This document shows, piece by piece, positions 10,610 through 21,798 of a stretch of DNA of 64,000 nucleotides. Within the stretch, counting starts at the first letter, position 1; each line of letters opens with the position of its first letter. The notes beneath the pieces are model-generated. The model had not been told where the DNA came from and did not search any database. It saw only the letters and a program-made list of their open reading frames with translations. This DNA comes from Nitrososphaerales archaeon. Its GTDB lineage: Archaea; Thermoproteota; Nitrososphaeria; Nitrososphaerales; UBA213. The stretch lies in contig CBDAOC010000017.1 of NCBI GenBank assembly GCA_965197925.1, positions 1 to 64,000 of the forward strand. The letters are read 5' to 3'. Position numbers and translations under genes: made by a program.

Positions 10610-11312
10610 ATATAAATAAATTATTCTAGATATTATACAAAACAAGGTTGGTAAAAATTGAATGTTAAAGGGGATTGGTGAATAATGGAAACTGAATATA
10701 GTTACAATGATTTTGACCCTGACGAGTATGAACCTAAAAACGAGAAAGACCCTGCTTGTTAGGGTTGTTTGATGTGCTAAAAGTACCAGAGATAAAACAT
10801 GGGTTATTCGAATATGTCCGAGACAAATATCTAGATGATGTCCTACTTGTTAATTCCGTATCTGCATTAAATCTTAGTCCACGAGGAAAGGATATCATGT
10901 TCATGTGGATTCTAGAACTTTTACTATTCCACACTCCATATACCAACAAATTTATTACTCACACTTTAGCAAATATTATATCAGACATCTCTACTGCACA
11001 AGCATTTGGTTTTCTTGATTAGTCTCAGCGTGAAAAGATGAATTAAGAGATCCTATCTATTCAATTACTAGAAATAGGTCAAGTATTACAATGTGCTTTA
11101 ATTCGAACTGGTTGTTACTACAACTAAATCTAAAGTACAAAAGATTCTATGGGCGTCTTTACAGTGAAAAATGCTACTAGAAGCTATGGTGATATTACTT
11201 TAACACCTTGGACTGGCGGTAATGATGTAATTCAGAACTTTGGTTGTGTCAGACAGAAACGACATGTTCAAATGATTTTTATATCCAAAAATAAACAAAT
11301 TCAAATTATTAG

Positions 11313-11837
11313 GTGTTAGATATGGGAGCCATGGCAAATCAGGTATCTAGGCCGGAACTTTTTGTGGAAATAGCAAAGGCACTTGAATTTGAGACTAGTG
11401 TGACAAAAGAAGGAAATTCACTTTCAGTAGATGTATCTATGAACAATGTTAGCATAAAGGTAACTTTTGGCGATTTCAAGAAAGTTAGAATATGGAAAAC
11501 ATTCGCATTTGCACCCGGCAACATAATGGAGGAGTATAGAACAGCGGAAGAATTGCTAAGACCCATAGCACATGCTTTCAACTTAGAGTGGCAGGTCGTT
11601 AAAAAGAAGGTTGCAGCGACGTGGCCCCTTGAAAGCCAGACTGACCAGAATTTTCTGCTAGAAATTGTAGTAGAGAATCTGGAGAAGGATCCAGAATTCC
11701 TGAAGGAACTCCTTGTAGAAAATAAAAGAAATTATTTAGTTAGAAAGTCTATGCCACATATGATAAATGATTGGCCTGAATTCACGAAACAACAGAGTAA
11801 GAACTTACTGAAACTCCTTGACGAGGTTTCCAAGTAA
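11313..11837 (+). CDS. Hypothetical protein
   Basis: 174-aa ORF with globular composition and an upstream TATA-like TTTTATAT; no family recognised. Confidence 0.7.
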   Translation: MLDMGAMANQVSRPELFVEIAKALEFETSVTKEGNSLSVDVSMNNVSIKVTFGDFKKVRIWKTFAFAPGNIMEEYRTAEELLRPIAHAFNLEWQVVKKKVAATWPLESQTDQNFLLEIVVENLEKDPEFLKELLVENKRNYLVRKSMPHMINDWPEFTKQQSKNLLKLLDEVSK

Positions 11838-12327
11838 GAATCTAAATTCAGAAATATTTGAATGATCCAAACCCATATCTCAACCTATCTGTTTGATCAT
11901 TAATTATTTGAAAGTTGTTTGGTGATCGGCTCTTTCTCCTTTGTCCATCAGTAACCCAATAATGTAATTGACAATACAACCCTTTTCGTATTCTTAGTTA
12001 TTCCTTATTTGATGTTTAATTCTTATAGACTTTTATTCCTTTAACAAATCCCTTTCATCACCGCCATAAGCCCTGAGCGTAGGAATTCAAATACCTTGGG
12101 ATGTTAGCAAGTCAATTAGAAGTAATATTGATCAAACATCTTAGAATATTCGTTTCTTTGAGGAATTGGACCTGTTGCTTGTTCTATCATACACAATGGC
12201 AGCTCGCCTCTAAAATGATCTTTACATTCAACTTTAGCTATCTAGTGAGCTTTTGGTATAATTGATAAACCTGACTCTGGCATAGAATTAGTGTAATATT
12301 GATATTCTGGTTTACTTGACCAATATC

Positions 12328-12748
12328 ATGGCTTACTGGCTTTTCAAGGTGGAACCCAACCATTACTCCTTCGACGAACTCGTTAAGGACCAGAAGACCA
12401 GATGGGATGGTGTGAGAAATAACCTTGCACTAAGGCACTTGAGAAGCATAAGGGAGAATGATTTGGTATTATACTATCATACAGACAGCCATGGAGAAGG
12501 CAGTTGTAGGCATAGCAAAGGTTGTATCGACCCCATATCAGGATCCCAAAGTGAAGGATCCAAAGATAATGGTAGTTGACATTTGTCCCGTAAAAAAACT
12601 CAAGAACCCCGTCACACTTAAAGAGATAAAGGAAAATACAAAATTCACGAACTTTGAGCTTGTGAGAATTCCACGTTTATCTATAGTACTAGTTCCTAAC
12701 GCTGTCTGGGATGAAATTATCAAAATGTCCCAACAAAACCTCAGATGA
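12328..12748 (+). pseudogene. EVE domain protein, frameshifted near 12485
   Basis: YWLFKVEP...WDGVRNNLA...YYHT in one frame; EKAVVGIAKV...PVTLKEIK...RLSI in the next. Confidence 0.88.
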
Positions 12749-12764
12749 GAATCTGTTAAAATAT

Positions 12765-13619
12765 TTACTTTGTAGCAGATGCTATAAGAACCTGCCAAGG
12801 GAACTCTATTGTACCACCTTTAAGAAACTTCTCTGCTTTGATCCTAGATTCAATTTTGATCTGTTGAAGCATATTCGGTTCGAGGGATTCAAGCCTAGTC
12901 CTTATTGTGTTTGCAGTAGTTCGGATAAAATCTCTCCAGTAATCATCAAAGATACCTGCTTTGTGTGTATAATTATAGATTTTTATGTCGATATTCTTCA
13001 AATCGCATTTTTCAAGTTCTGCTTTCAACGCATTCGGCTTGCCTAATCTGTATGGATTTGGTGTACCAGCAGGTCGTATGTCAGGAAGGTGATGTAGAAT
13101 AGAGCTTGATATCGATGTAAAGTATGGAACATTTTCTTCAGTGCCATGAACAGAAATAGCTACCCTACCATCATCTAATAGAACTCTTTTTATTTCTCTT
13201 AAAGCCTTCTGCGTGTCAGGAAAGAAAAATAGCGCAAATTGGCTAATAGCAACATCAAACGATTGATCTGGAAATTGCAGATCCTCTGCATCCATTTCAA
13301 AGAATTCAATATTATCTACATTCTCAATTTGTTTCCGAGCTATTTTCAACGGGCCAGATGAAAGGTCAATACCAACAACCTTGCCATACATTCCAATCTT
13401 TTTAAGAGACTCTATAGCGACGATGCCAGTCCCAGTAGCAATATCCAATACCTTATCCCCCTCGCGTAATTTTGCTGCTTCAATAAGTTTCTCTACGCTC
13501 TTAAATGGTCCAGCCTTAGGAGCAACATAACGTTCATGATAAATAGACGCTTTCTCACTCCAGTCCTTCTTAACATCCTCCTTGTACCTAACAGGGTCAA
13601 ACCGCCTACTCAATAACAA
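12765..13619 (-). CDS. Class I SAM-dependent methyltransferase
   Basis: VLDIATGTG, GIDLS, MDAEDL, FDVAISQF, RVLLDDG. Confidence 0.9.
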   Translation of the reverse strand: MLLSRRFDPVRYKEDVKKDWSEKASIYHERYVAPKAGPFKSVEKLIEAAKLREGDKVLDIATGTGIVAIESLKKIGMYGKVVGIDLSSGPLKIARKQIENVDNIEFFEMDAEDLQFPDQSFDVAISQFALFFFPDTQKALREIKRVLLDDGRVAISVHGTEENVPYFTSISSSILHHLPDIRPAGTPNPYRLGKPNALKAELEKCDLKNIDIKIYNYTHKAGIFDDYWRDFIRTTANTIRTRLESLEPNMLQQIKIESRIKAEKFLKGGTIEFPWQVLIASATK

Positions 13620-13899
13620 AAATGCATGAACCCATGTATAAATTCCTTCAATGCCAATAAATTCACAAATCGCGAAATCTAACTACAATAATACTTGAGT
13701 GTAATATAAGATGAGAGATAGGGAATCTCCATGTAAGTTGAACAGAGTGAGATAAGATCTGCACTTCCATTCCATTTGTAGTAAATCCTAGAAAGTCATT
13801 ATGAATTGTAATGCTTCTGGTTACGATCTTTTCAGAAAGAGGTGAAGGGGTTGCTGCTCAAATCTATGAGGGAGTACTAAAGTTATTATTTCTATTATA

Positions 13900-14334
13900 T
13901 TGCAACATTGTCTATTGCCAGATTTGCTTAAACGGTATAAACGGATCCATCCTGGATGTACAAACAAAGAGATCATGGATTTAGTCAATGCTATCAAGGA
14001 GAATAAGTATTGGAACGTTCTGTCAAACAATAAAGACGCAGTATACGTTATTGCACTCAATCGAGCACAGATAAAGGTCAATGCTCAAAATGTTGTCAGA
14101 GTTACATATTTTGGCAAGATCTTAGTGGATAGAGATATTGCGAAGTATTGCAGTCGTGGTAAGGTAGTCCTTGCCCTAAGAGAAAATTCAAATTTCAATG
14201 GGCGATATGTGATCACGTGGCCTGCTTTTCTGAATATTATGCGCAACGACCCAGAGTTGTTTTATCAATCATTGAACAAAGACATTAAAGTATTGATAGG
14301 TGTGAATCAGGTACACAAGATAATGAATGAATAG
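13900..14334 (+). CDS. Hypothetical protein
   Basis: 144-aa ORF co-oriented with the downstream genes; start uncertain. Confidence 0.65.
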   Translation: MQHCLLPDLLKRYKRIHPGCTNKEIMDLVNAIKENKYWNVLSNNKDAVYVIALNRAQIKVNAQNVVRVTYFGKILVDRDIAKYCSRGKVVLALRENSNFNGRYVITWPAFLNIMRNDPELFYQSLNKDIKVLIGVNQVHKIMNE

Positions 14335-14370
14335 TTAACTTTTTTACTTACGTTACAACAATAATTAATA

Positions 14371-14667
14371 ATGTCAGATGATTATCAAAAATTATCAGAG
14401 GAACAGATTAAGCATGAACTAGCTAACTTGAAGGGATGGATAGTAGAAAATGGCAAAATCAGTAGAATTTTTAAATTCAATGATTTTAATGAAGCATTCG
14501 GATTCATGACGAGAGTAGCAATGGAAGTAGAAAAGTTAAACCATCATCCAGAATGGTTCAACGTTTACAATACAGTAAAGATCGAACTTGTAACCCATGA
14601 TGTTAATGGTATAAGCAATTACGATTTCAAGCTAGCTAATATAATCAACAAGTTGGCAGGAAACTAA
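14371..14667 (+). CDS. phhB: Pterin-4-alpha-carbinolamine dehydratase
   Basis: [26 protein letters not shown]. Confidence 0.95.
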   Translation: MSDDYQKLSEEQIKHELANLKGWIVENGKISRIFKFNDFNEAFGFMTRVAMEVEKLNHHPEWFNVYNTVKIELVTHDVNGISNYDFKLANIINKLAGN

Positions 14668-14706
14668 GCCATAAAGGTATAATATTACGGTAACAATGAT
14701 GCAAAC

Positions 14707-15474
14707 ATGAAAAAACTAGAAGGCAAAATAGCGCTTATCACTGGCGCCAGTGGTGGTATGGGACGGGTTACTGCATTAAAATTTGCAAAAGAGGGTGTAA
14801 ATCCTTTAGCATTGCACTACTCAAGTTCTGAAGACAAAGCAAAGAAGGTACTGGAAGAGATCAAAAGCATGAACATTAACGGTTTGCTAGTCAAGTCGGA
14901 CGTTTCTAATTACAGAGAAGTAAAATCAATGGTTGATCTCTTGATTAATAAATTTGGGAGGATAGATATTTTAGTTGCATACGCGGGTTTTCCAGCCAAG
15001 AAAGAATACTGGAATGCTGATCCTTTGGATCTTACAGATGAAATGCTTGACGGACCGTGGAACACCGATCTAAAGGGTTCCTATCATTGTATAAAAGCGA
15101 TAGTACCACACATGAGGAGAAAAAAATATGGGAAAATAATTTTGGTCAGTTCTACACCGGGTGTTTCAGGTGATCCAATGGGTCTGGGTTTCACACTTGC
15201 GAAGACTGCGGTACGTTCCTTGGTACGATCCCTTGCACCAGTGTTGGGCTCAGAGATATTCATCAATGCAATAGCGCCTGGTAGCATTGATACGGAAGCA
15301 AATCTCAAGAATTATAATGAAAAACAAAAGAATGAAATGATAAGAACCGTTCCTCTTGGACGATTTGGAAAACCGGAAGAAATAGCTAACGCCGCCATTT
15401 TCTTAGCTTCCGATGATTCTAGTTACATAACAGGTCAAACTTTAGTAGTTGACGGTGGCGAGATTAGACTTTAA
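14707..15474 (+). CDS. SDR family oxidoreductase (FabG-like)
   Basis: TGASGGMG, INAIAPG, PLGRFGKPEE, YITGQTLVVDGG; the usual YxxxK appears as FTLAK (atypical). Confidence 0.9.
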   Translation: MKKLEGKIALITGASGGMGRVTALKFAKEGVNPLALHYSSSEDKAKKVLEEIKSMNINGLLVKSDVSNYREVKSMVDLLINKFGRIDILVAYAGFPAKKEYWNADPLDLTDEMLDGPWNTDLKGSYHCIKAIVPHMRRKKYGKIILVSSTPGVSGDPMGLGFTLAKTAVRSLVRSLAPVLGSEIFINAIAPGSIDTEANLKNYNEKQKNEMIRTVPLGRFGKPEEIANAAIFLASDDSSYITGQTLVVDGGEIRL

Positions 15475-15532
15475 ATTTATTGTTAAAGGCTAAGAGTTAC
15501 TTTCTTAAGTCATAAATCATTATTATTGCTAC

Positions 15533-16177
15533 ATGCTTATGTATATCAGATTGCTAGAAAGAATAATATCCCGATCTGGTCCATGCAGAGTACTTTCATT
15601 CAACACTGCACATGTGCTAAAAAGTCTTCAATTATTACTCCATAACGAGTATACAAGTCGTGCAGGGCTTACAAAAGAACTTAATTTGGGAGAAGGGTCA
15701 GTTAAGACACTGATAAAACATCTAAAAAATAATAATATTATTGAAACAAGAAAGGCAGGTTGTCGTTTAACAAGCAAAGGCAGAAAAATGTCTACCCATT
15801 TGCTTGCTATCCTACCATCTGAAGCAGAGATACCAATGAATTCTATTACAATAGGGAAGTATAACCACGCCGTTCTAATTCGAGATTTTGCATTTGCGGT
15901 TACAAGTGGAATAGAGCAGAGAGACGTTGTAATAAAGTTTGGAGGAGATGGGGCCACAACTTTGTTCTTTAAGGATAACAAATTTGTTATGCCAAGGACT
16001 AATGAAGATTGTTTGAGCAAAGAAACCAAGATAAGAGATCTGTTAATGGAAAAGTTAAAGCCAGATAACAACGACGTCATAATAATTGGTAGTGCCTCGA
16101 AAAAAATTATTGCTGAACTCTCAGCGAAGAGTGCGGCATTATTTACAATTGCAAATCATGAAAGACATAATTTTTGA
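15533..16177 (+). CDS. Archaeal winged-helix regulator (DUF4443-like C-terminal domain)
   Basis: LNLGEGSVKTLIKHL wHTH; SGIEQRD, GATTL, DVIIIGS. Confidence 0.75.
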   Translation: MLMYIRLLERIISRSGPCRVLSFNTAHVLKSLQLLLHNEYTSRAGLTKELNLGEGSVKTLIKHLKNNNIIETRKAGCRLTSKGRKMSTHLLAILPSEAEIPMNSITIGKYNHAVLIRDFAFAVTSGIEQRDVVIKFGGDGATTLFFKDNKFVMPRTNEDCLSKETKIRDLLMEKLKPDNNDVIIIGSASKKIIAELSAKSAALFTIANHERHNF

Positions 16178-18060
16178 TCCGATTGTAAAGCCTAGAATTA
16201 AGGCTTACATTAGGGTGGTGTATATTAAGACATTTCAAAGAGTAAGTGAAGTATTATTAAGTTACCAGAGTTGATATCGCATTAATCTAGCTGCTGATAT
16301 AGAGTTCTATAAGTAACAGTAGGGGTATTACGCAATCACATCCCAGAAGCTGGTATGGGTATTGTTAGACTTACTAGGAATTTGGCCATATTCAGAATTC
16401 AAGATGGTGCGCTGATCACCTTAATCCATAATACTATTAAGATGGTGTTAAAAGAAAAAAATATTTAGCAAATAGAAAGTTAGATAATATTCAGTACAGG
16501 GCGAAAGTACGTTAATGAATTAGATAGTAAAGAAGTCTGTAAAGGTAAGCAGTATACGTTTCTCGTAGTGGTTCGTGTAGCACTTACCACAGGTTTGATA
16601 ACCAACTTTAGGGGAGACTGTCATATGTAGCAAATCATTTAGCTAGGTGGAACTGAGGAGAAAACCTAATAAATCAAGGAAGAGATTCTTTGCATAAGAA
16701 AATAGTAACATATCAAAAATATATTAAGCAAAGATTGAATAAAAAGTAGAAGAAGTCTCTTAATGATCTTCTGGTATGAGCATGTAGTAAATTCAGAAAT
16801 ACCTTGGAAAACTTGCAATTTAACAAGCCCCCTTTATGATTGATATATCTTGATGTCAAGAAGATACTAAACAACCTATATAGTGTAGAAGAAAATAAAA
16901 TAGGGAACGAACAGAAAACCAGATATGAAACAGAAATATCAGTAGCAGATGCAGGCCTTGTTGAAAAAGAATATTGATTGAAAAAATCTATATAATGATT
17001 TGAAGTTTTTGGTGATTCCCAAGTTAATAATTTAGACTTGACTATAACCTTACTATTCTAAAAATGCTTAAAAAAATGGATCAAATATATTGTGACAAAA
17101 CAGTTTTTGGGAACAAAAGTCATCAAGTAGGATGGTAAAAATTGAGTCAAAAGGCAAACCATATAGTGGATTGTGAAATATGGAGTCATTCCATCAAAAG
17201 GTACGGTAATATTACCGTACAATACCTTATATAATACCCGTTCGTACGATCCTCTATAATGTCTTACCAACCCAGCCAGAAGAAATGTTTGCAGACAAGA
17301 TTCCAGAGTACTATTACTTGCTTCACATTCAATTCTGCCTTTCCAATCATCGCTAGTCTGCTGGGTTTGATCTGTAAATTGAAAGTGTTTTTCGTCATAT
17401 ACTAAAGGTTTAGAAAGCATAGATTTAGGGTATTTTGCCTTGGAATTATAGCGTGGTGTAACAGTTGTATATTCATCGATAAAGACTATAGTTTTGATCC
17501 TAATCTACCATCAAAGGTTACTTGAGGGAGAAGACCTAAGAACATTTCAAGGCTAAGAATGTCTGGAGCACTAGCCTACAATCAACTGGCATCTCTGATA
17601 ATAAATCATTGGGACATATGACGTTAAAGTATCGGAATATAGACTGGCAAAGATTAATTCCTATTCTGATTTTTATATTTCTGAATTCCACGTTTTATTT
17701 CGGATTTATACATATCCAATTAGATCCCTATCTCAATCTAGAAGCATCGGTAATTCTTGCTGGAATTTCTGCTTATCTAATCTGACATTTGATGAGATTT
17801 CTTTGGGAACTGTCTAACCATGCTAATTAGATTATATTTTATCCACATTAACCATTCTCCTAATTTGTCATGATTCATTCAATTTCTAAATTTAGTTTAG
17901 TAGATCTAATTCCTATGAACCTGGAATTTATACACAGCTTGGACAAACATGCAAAAACCTGGAATCCGTCTTCATATACTCCACTTTACTTGATAATAAC
18001 AATGCAAAAAAAGATTGATTTTACACCCTACATGAATTATTTTGCTCTTGTATTCTCTTC

Positions 18061-18407
18061 TCATATTCTAAAAGTGTTATTTTCGGTATCAAGGCATACA
18101 ACCAAGTATCCTGTACCTGGTAAAGCCATTTTAAGGACCACTACCTTCCCACCCAGCTTATTCACTTTATCTACGTAATCATCTGTCGAGGATACATCAA
18201 TATAGTTTGTAATAGACTGCTGTGGATTTTGTCTCTTCATAATACCCCCTACAACCCCATTATCTCCTTGCCGTTTTTGGTAGTAATTAGCCAATATTCC
18301 AATGGGCCCTACTATTTTTCGAAATCTCACCCGAATAGGTTGGTGTAGAATTTCTTTGCCCACTCAAGTTCATCCGTTGGAATCTCAAAATGAACTATTT
18401 TTGGCAC
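18061..18407 (-). pseudogene. VOC/glyoxalase family protein, inactivated
   Basis: PKIVHFEIPTDELEWAKKFYTNLFG* then NYIDVSSTDDYVDKVNKLGGKVV...PGTGYLVVCLDTENN; in-frame stops and a frameshift. Confidence 0.85.
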
Positions 18408-19007
18408 CGTCAGTTTCATAACGAAGTATAGACATGTTTGAAAGATTCATAAGGGTTTATACATTTTTTCATTAAATCCATAAGGGGTATAAATTGTAAA
18501 ACTTGGTCTACATATTGTCTACATGTTGAAAGCTGTTAGACCTAACAGAGAGAAAAAAATAGTATATCTCATTTTTGGCTGTGATTTGGTTATGTACTTG
18601 TTCCTAGAGAACTAGAGGTTTAGATGCTTCCACCATTGTCCCTATGGATTCCAGTAACTCCATAATTATTTCAAAATCATATGATATTTCTCCAGAAATA
18701 GTAACGGATATCGATCTGTACTATCAAGTTTTTAGCAATAGATAATTCAAAAAATTCTGCAAGAAAACCCTATCGCCATTTATCAAAATAAATATGAGCA
18801 TTCAACGTAAAGGTTAACAAGTACAAAATTAACCTTCTGTAAGGCTTAGACTGAATAACCTGTCCGTATACGAGCAACAAAGTATAGGGAAGGTTTACTC
18901 TGATTGGATAAGAAACTAGTATAGTAACTATTCTTCTCCAACCAGAGGGCATTACGATAAATAAGGATGGAAGTACAGAGGTAAATTCTCTCTGTAGTAA
19001 TGAGAAC

Positions 19008-19316
19008 TCATGTAGAGCTATCATGTGTTTGTCTATCTTGAAGTTCGGCGAGCCTTTTTAACGCTTCTTCCCACCCAAATAAATCATTATCAGGTTTCCC
19101 ATGTTCATCTATACTTTCTTTCCATTTGGGATAAATTTCTAGCAAGTCATCTATTGAATCGCTTTCCTCAATTATCTCATATCTGTCTTCTTCGACGGTA
19201 TAGTAGAGAGCCTGCACTTTCACCAGATCCTCAAAAAAAGCCTCTTCTGAATCATACTCTTTCAAAAATAGAAACTTGTCTTCTTTGTTATCCCAAACAA
19301 CTAGTGTCTTTTGCAT
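19008..19316 (-). CDS. Acidic hypothetical protein
   Basis: 102-aa ORF in a tightly packed orphan cluster. Confidence 0.6.
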   Translation of the reverse strand: MQKTLVVWDNKEDKFLFLKEYDSEEAFFEDLVKVQALYYTVEEDRYEIIEESDSIDDLLEIYPKWKESIDEHGKPDNDLFGWEEALKRLAELQDRQTHDSST

Positions 19317-19355
19317 GCTTCATTGCCTCATTGGTTAATTCGAATAATTGTGCAT

Positions 19356-19604
19356 TTAGAAACTCCTTGTGAATAAAGGGCCTATCCTCAAATTCTCTAA
19401 TTCAAGGACTTTATACAAATCAAAGCCCTTAAGATCCTTCTCCCTGATGAATTCTGATATTCGCCCATTATCAAGTGAATATACTCCATATGTTAGTAAA
19501 TATTGCTCTGAATATGGTTTAGAGCCGCTCCTAGATCGAAAGACCTTGTCGACTATATTGTACACAAACCCTCTCTTTTCTTCTGTCAATTCCAAATAAT
19601 TCAT
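19356..19604 (-). CDS. Hypothetical protein (possibly frameshifted, continuing to about 19288)
   Basis: 82-aa ORF; an alternative frame continues HKEFLNAQLFELTNEAMKHAKD over the start of the next gene. Confidence 0.5.
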   Translation of the reverse strand: MNYLELTEEKRGFVYNIVDKVFRSRSGSKPYSEQYLLTYGVYSLDNGRISEFIREKDLKGFDLYKVLELENLRIGPLFTRSF

Positions 19605-19808
19605 TTAGCATGTCATATTTCAACTTGCTTATATCTTTAGTGACCAGGTAGAGAAATGTTAGGCACAAATTCAATATTGCATTCCATTGCAAATGAGATA
19701 GACAAGTTCAAAGATGTATTTACTCTTTGAAACGACTAGGTCTCCCTCTAACACACGCTGGTACACTCTTGGAATTATTCTTCTGTCATATACCAGTTAG
19801 CTCAAAGT

Positions 19809-20953
19809 GGCTCTGTAGAAACCATGCCAAAAATACAGTCAATCTATGCAGTTGTAGGCTATCACTATGAACATCAGTTCCTTATTCTTCATCATATCAG
19901 TCTTGATGCTATATGCTCACCCAACATGCTCTTTACCACAGACAGCATATTTGATTCTTGTTTCTTTGATGGTATAGACGTGTATAGAATCTCCTCTTCA
20001 TCTTCTTCATGCATCTTCCATGCGTCCTCCATACTAGAACAATACCATACGTAGCAGGGATTGTGCTCACAGAATCTAGATGCCCCTTAAATTCATGATT
20101 TGCTTCTCTATCATAGCCTTTGTTTGCTACAATAGAGTGGGGCATTATTTTGAGGTTCTTTCCATAATGGGTTTGAAATCTATAGTATAGTGTTTAGGAG
20201 CACCCTGATCTTCAATGAACATGCTGTTTGCTCTCTTAATTCAGCACCTATCGATAGTTCGATGCACTTCTTCCTTATTCCTGCTCTATCCGTATAGTAT
20301 GTTGTTGTATTGCTGGATCTGAATCCATATACATCTATCCTACGAACAAAATCCTAATCTTGGTGAAAAGTATGAATGAAGAAATTATTCTGTATGGTAT
20401 GTTGCCATCTATCCTGCAGCAAATTTCTGAAGGGTTGTATAATGTGGGACTCTAACTTTAGATACATTCTAAGAGAGTATGCTTCATGGAGTCATTATAC
20501 TAACCTTCTTTAGCTCTTTCCTTCATACTGTCTTAATGTTAACAGGATCGTTTGCTGTCATACAGTGTAGATGTGGTTGCTCTTCCCGTGGTATGTAGAC
20601 CAGTACTCTAGCCCTTATCAAGACATCAAGTATAATGTTTTTGGGACTCTAACTTTAGATCATTCTAAGAGAGTATGCTTTCATGGAAGTCATTATACTA
20701 ACCTTCTTTAGCTCTTTCCTTCATACTGTCTTAATGTTAACAGGATCGTTTGCTGTCATACAGTGTAGATGTGGTTGCTCTTCCCGTGGTATGTAGACCA
20801 GTACTCTAGCCCTTATCAAGACATCAAGTATTGTTTTTCCAAGTTTACCGTATCACGACTCTTTCATGTAAGAATGTATGGCCAGTAACGCATTTGATCT
20901 AATGGTACAATTCTATATACAATGGGGCTAAAATCCATGGTTTCTATCGAGCC
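19809..20953 (-). mobile_element. Degenerate IS5-like (DDE_Tnp_1) insertion sequence
   Basis: TIRs GGCTCTGTAGAAACCATG / GGCTCGATAGAAACCATG (rc), 3-bp TSD AGT; broken transposase with ANKGYD...YHQRNK. Confidence 0.85.
20437..20831. repeat. Tandem duplication of about 193 bp inside the IS
   Basis: Unit GTATAATGT..GGGACTCTAACTTTAGAT...GACATCAA occurs twice (20437-20629 and 20630-about 20831), differing by small indels. Confidence 0.95.
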
Positions 20954-21061
20954 AGTTTGAAAGTAGATAGATAATGATAAAATAAGTTTTTACTATCTAT
21001 GAGATTTTACAAAATGAAAGATAATACAATTCTTCAGTGCATACTAGTATAGAAATACAGT

Positions 21062-21754
21062 TTAGCTTTGTGACTGAGGTTCATAGGTCTCTACGAATTT
21101 TATCTTCTTGACCGTATTTACATACTTGAAAATATCACTCACAATTGCACGTTTAATTATTTGTAGGCCCTCGTACATATAGCGATCATTAGGTAGCTCG
21201 ATGTCAAGATTGTTCTCTTCTATTACTATTTTCATTTTGGTTTCGTCAAGCGGTATTCTCCGCTTTATCAAAGCAACGATTTTTTCATCATCTTGCTCTA
21301 ACTGTTTCAATATTTGTACCTCATATGTTATAGTCTTTCCCGCTAACCTATGGTTGTAATCTACCTGTACTCTTCCGGATCCTATATACCGCACAATGGC
21401 TGCCTTGTCATCAATTTCTATAGTATCATTCACTTTGAGCTCTTCAGCTTTGTCTCCGAGCTTCCTTAATGAGATCATTCTAACCTTGTTCGGATCTCTT
21501 TCTCCAAATCCCTTTTCAGGTGGAACTTCTACATCCAATTCCTGTCCAATATCGGCACTCATTAAAGCCTCATCCAGACCTTGAAGAACCCATCCTTCAC
21601 CCACAGAAACCAGTCTTGGCTCGTAAGTTCTTGTAGGATCGAAAACGTTGAATTTTTTTGCATCTTCTTCAACAGTGGTTTCTATAACTTCATCAACATC
21701 CTTTATCTTCGCAGTAAAATTCAATAATACAAGAGAACCTTTAACTAGTGACAT
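21062..21754 (-). CDS. FKBP-type peptidyl-prolyl isomerase (archaeal SlyD-like)
   Basis: VGEGWVLQGLDEAL, PEKGFGER, VDYNHRLAGKT. Confidence 0.93.
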   Translation of the reverse strand: MSLVKGSLVLLNFTAKIKDVDEVIETTVEEDAKKFNVFDPTRTYEPRLVSVGEGWVLQGLDEALMSADIGQELDVEVPPEKGFGERDPNKVRMISLRKLGDKAEELKVNDTIEIDDKAAIVRYIGSGRVQVDYNHRLAGKTITYEVQILKQLEQDDEKIVALIKRRIPLDETKMKIVIEENNLDIELPNDRYMYEGLQIIKRAIVSDIFKYVNTVKKIKFVETYEPQSQS

Positions 21755-21798
21755 TAAATCCGCTAATAAATGACCTTATATTAACTTTGCAAGGAAAA

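Noticed and set aside
12470..12500. Programmed frameshift in the EVE gene
   Set aside because: No slippery heptamer at the junction; simple mutation or error is more likely.
17058..17420. 120-aa minus-strand ORF
   Set aside because: No recognisable motif and lies in a decayed tract; cannot be supported as a gene.
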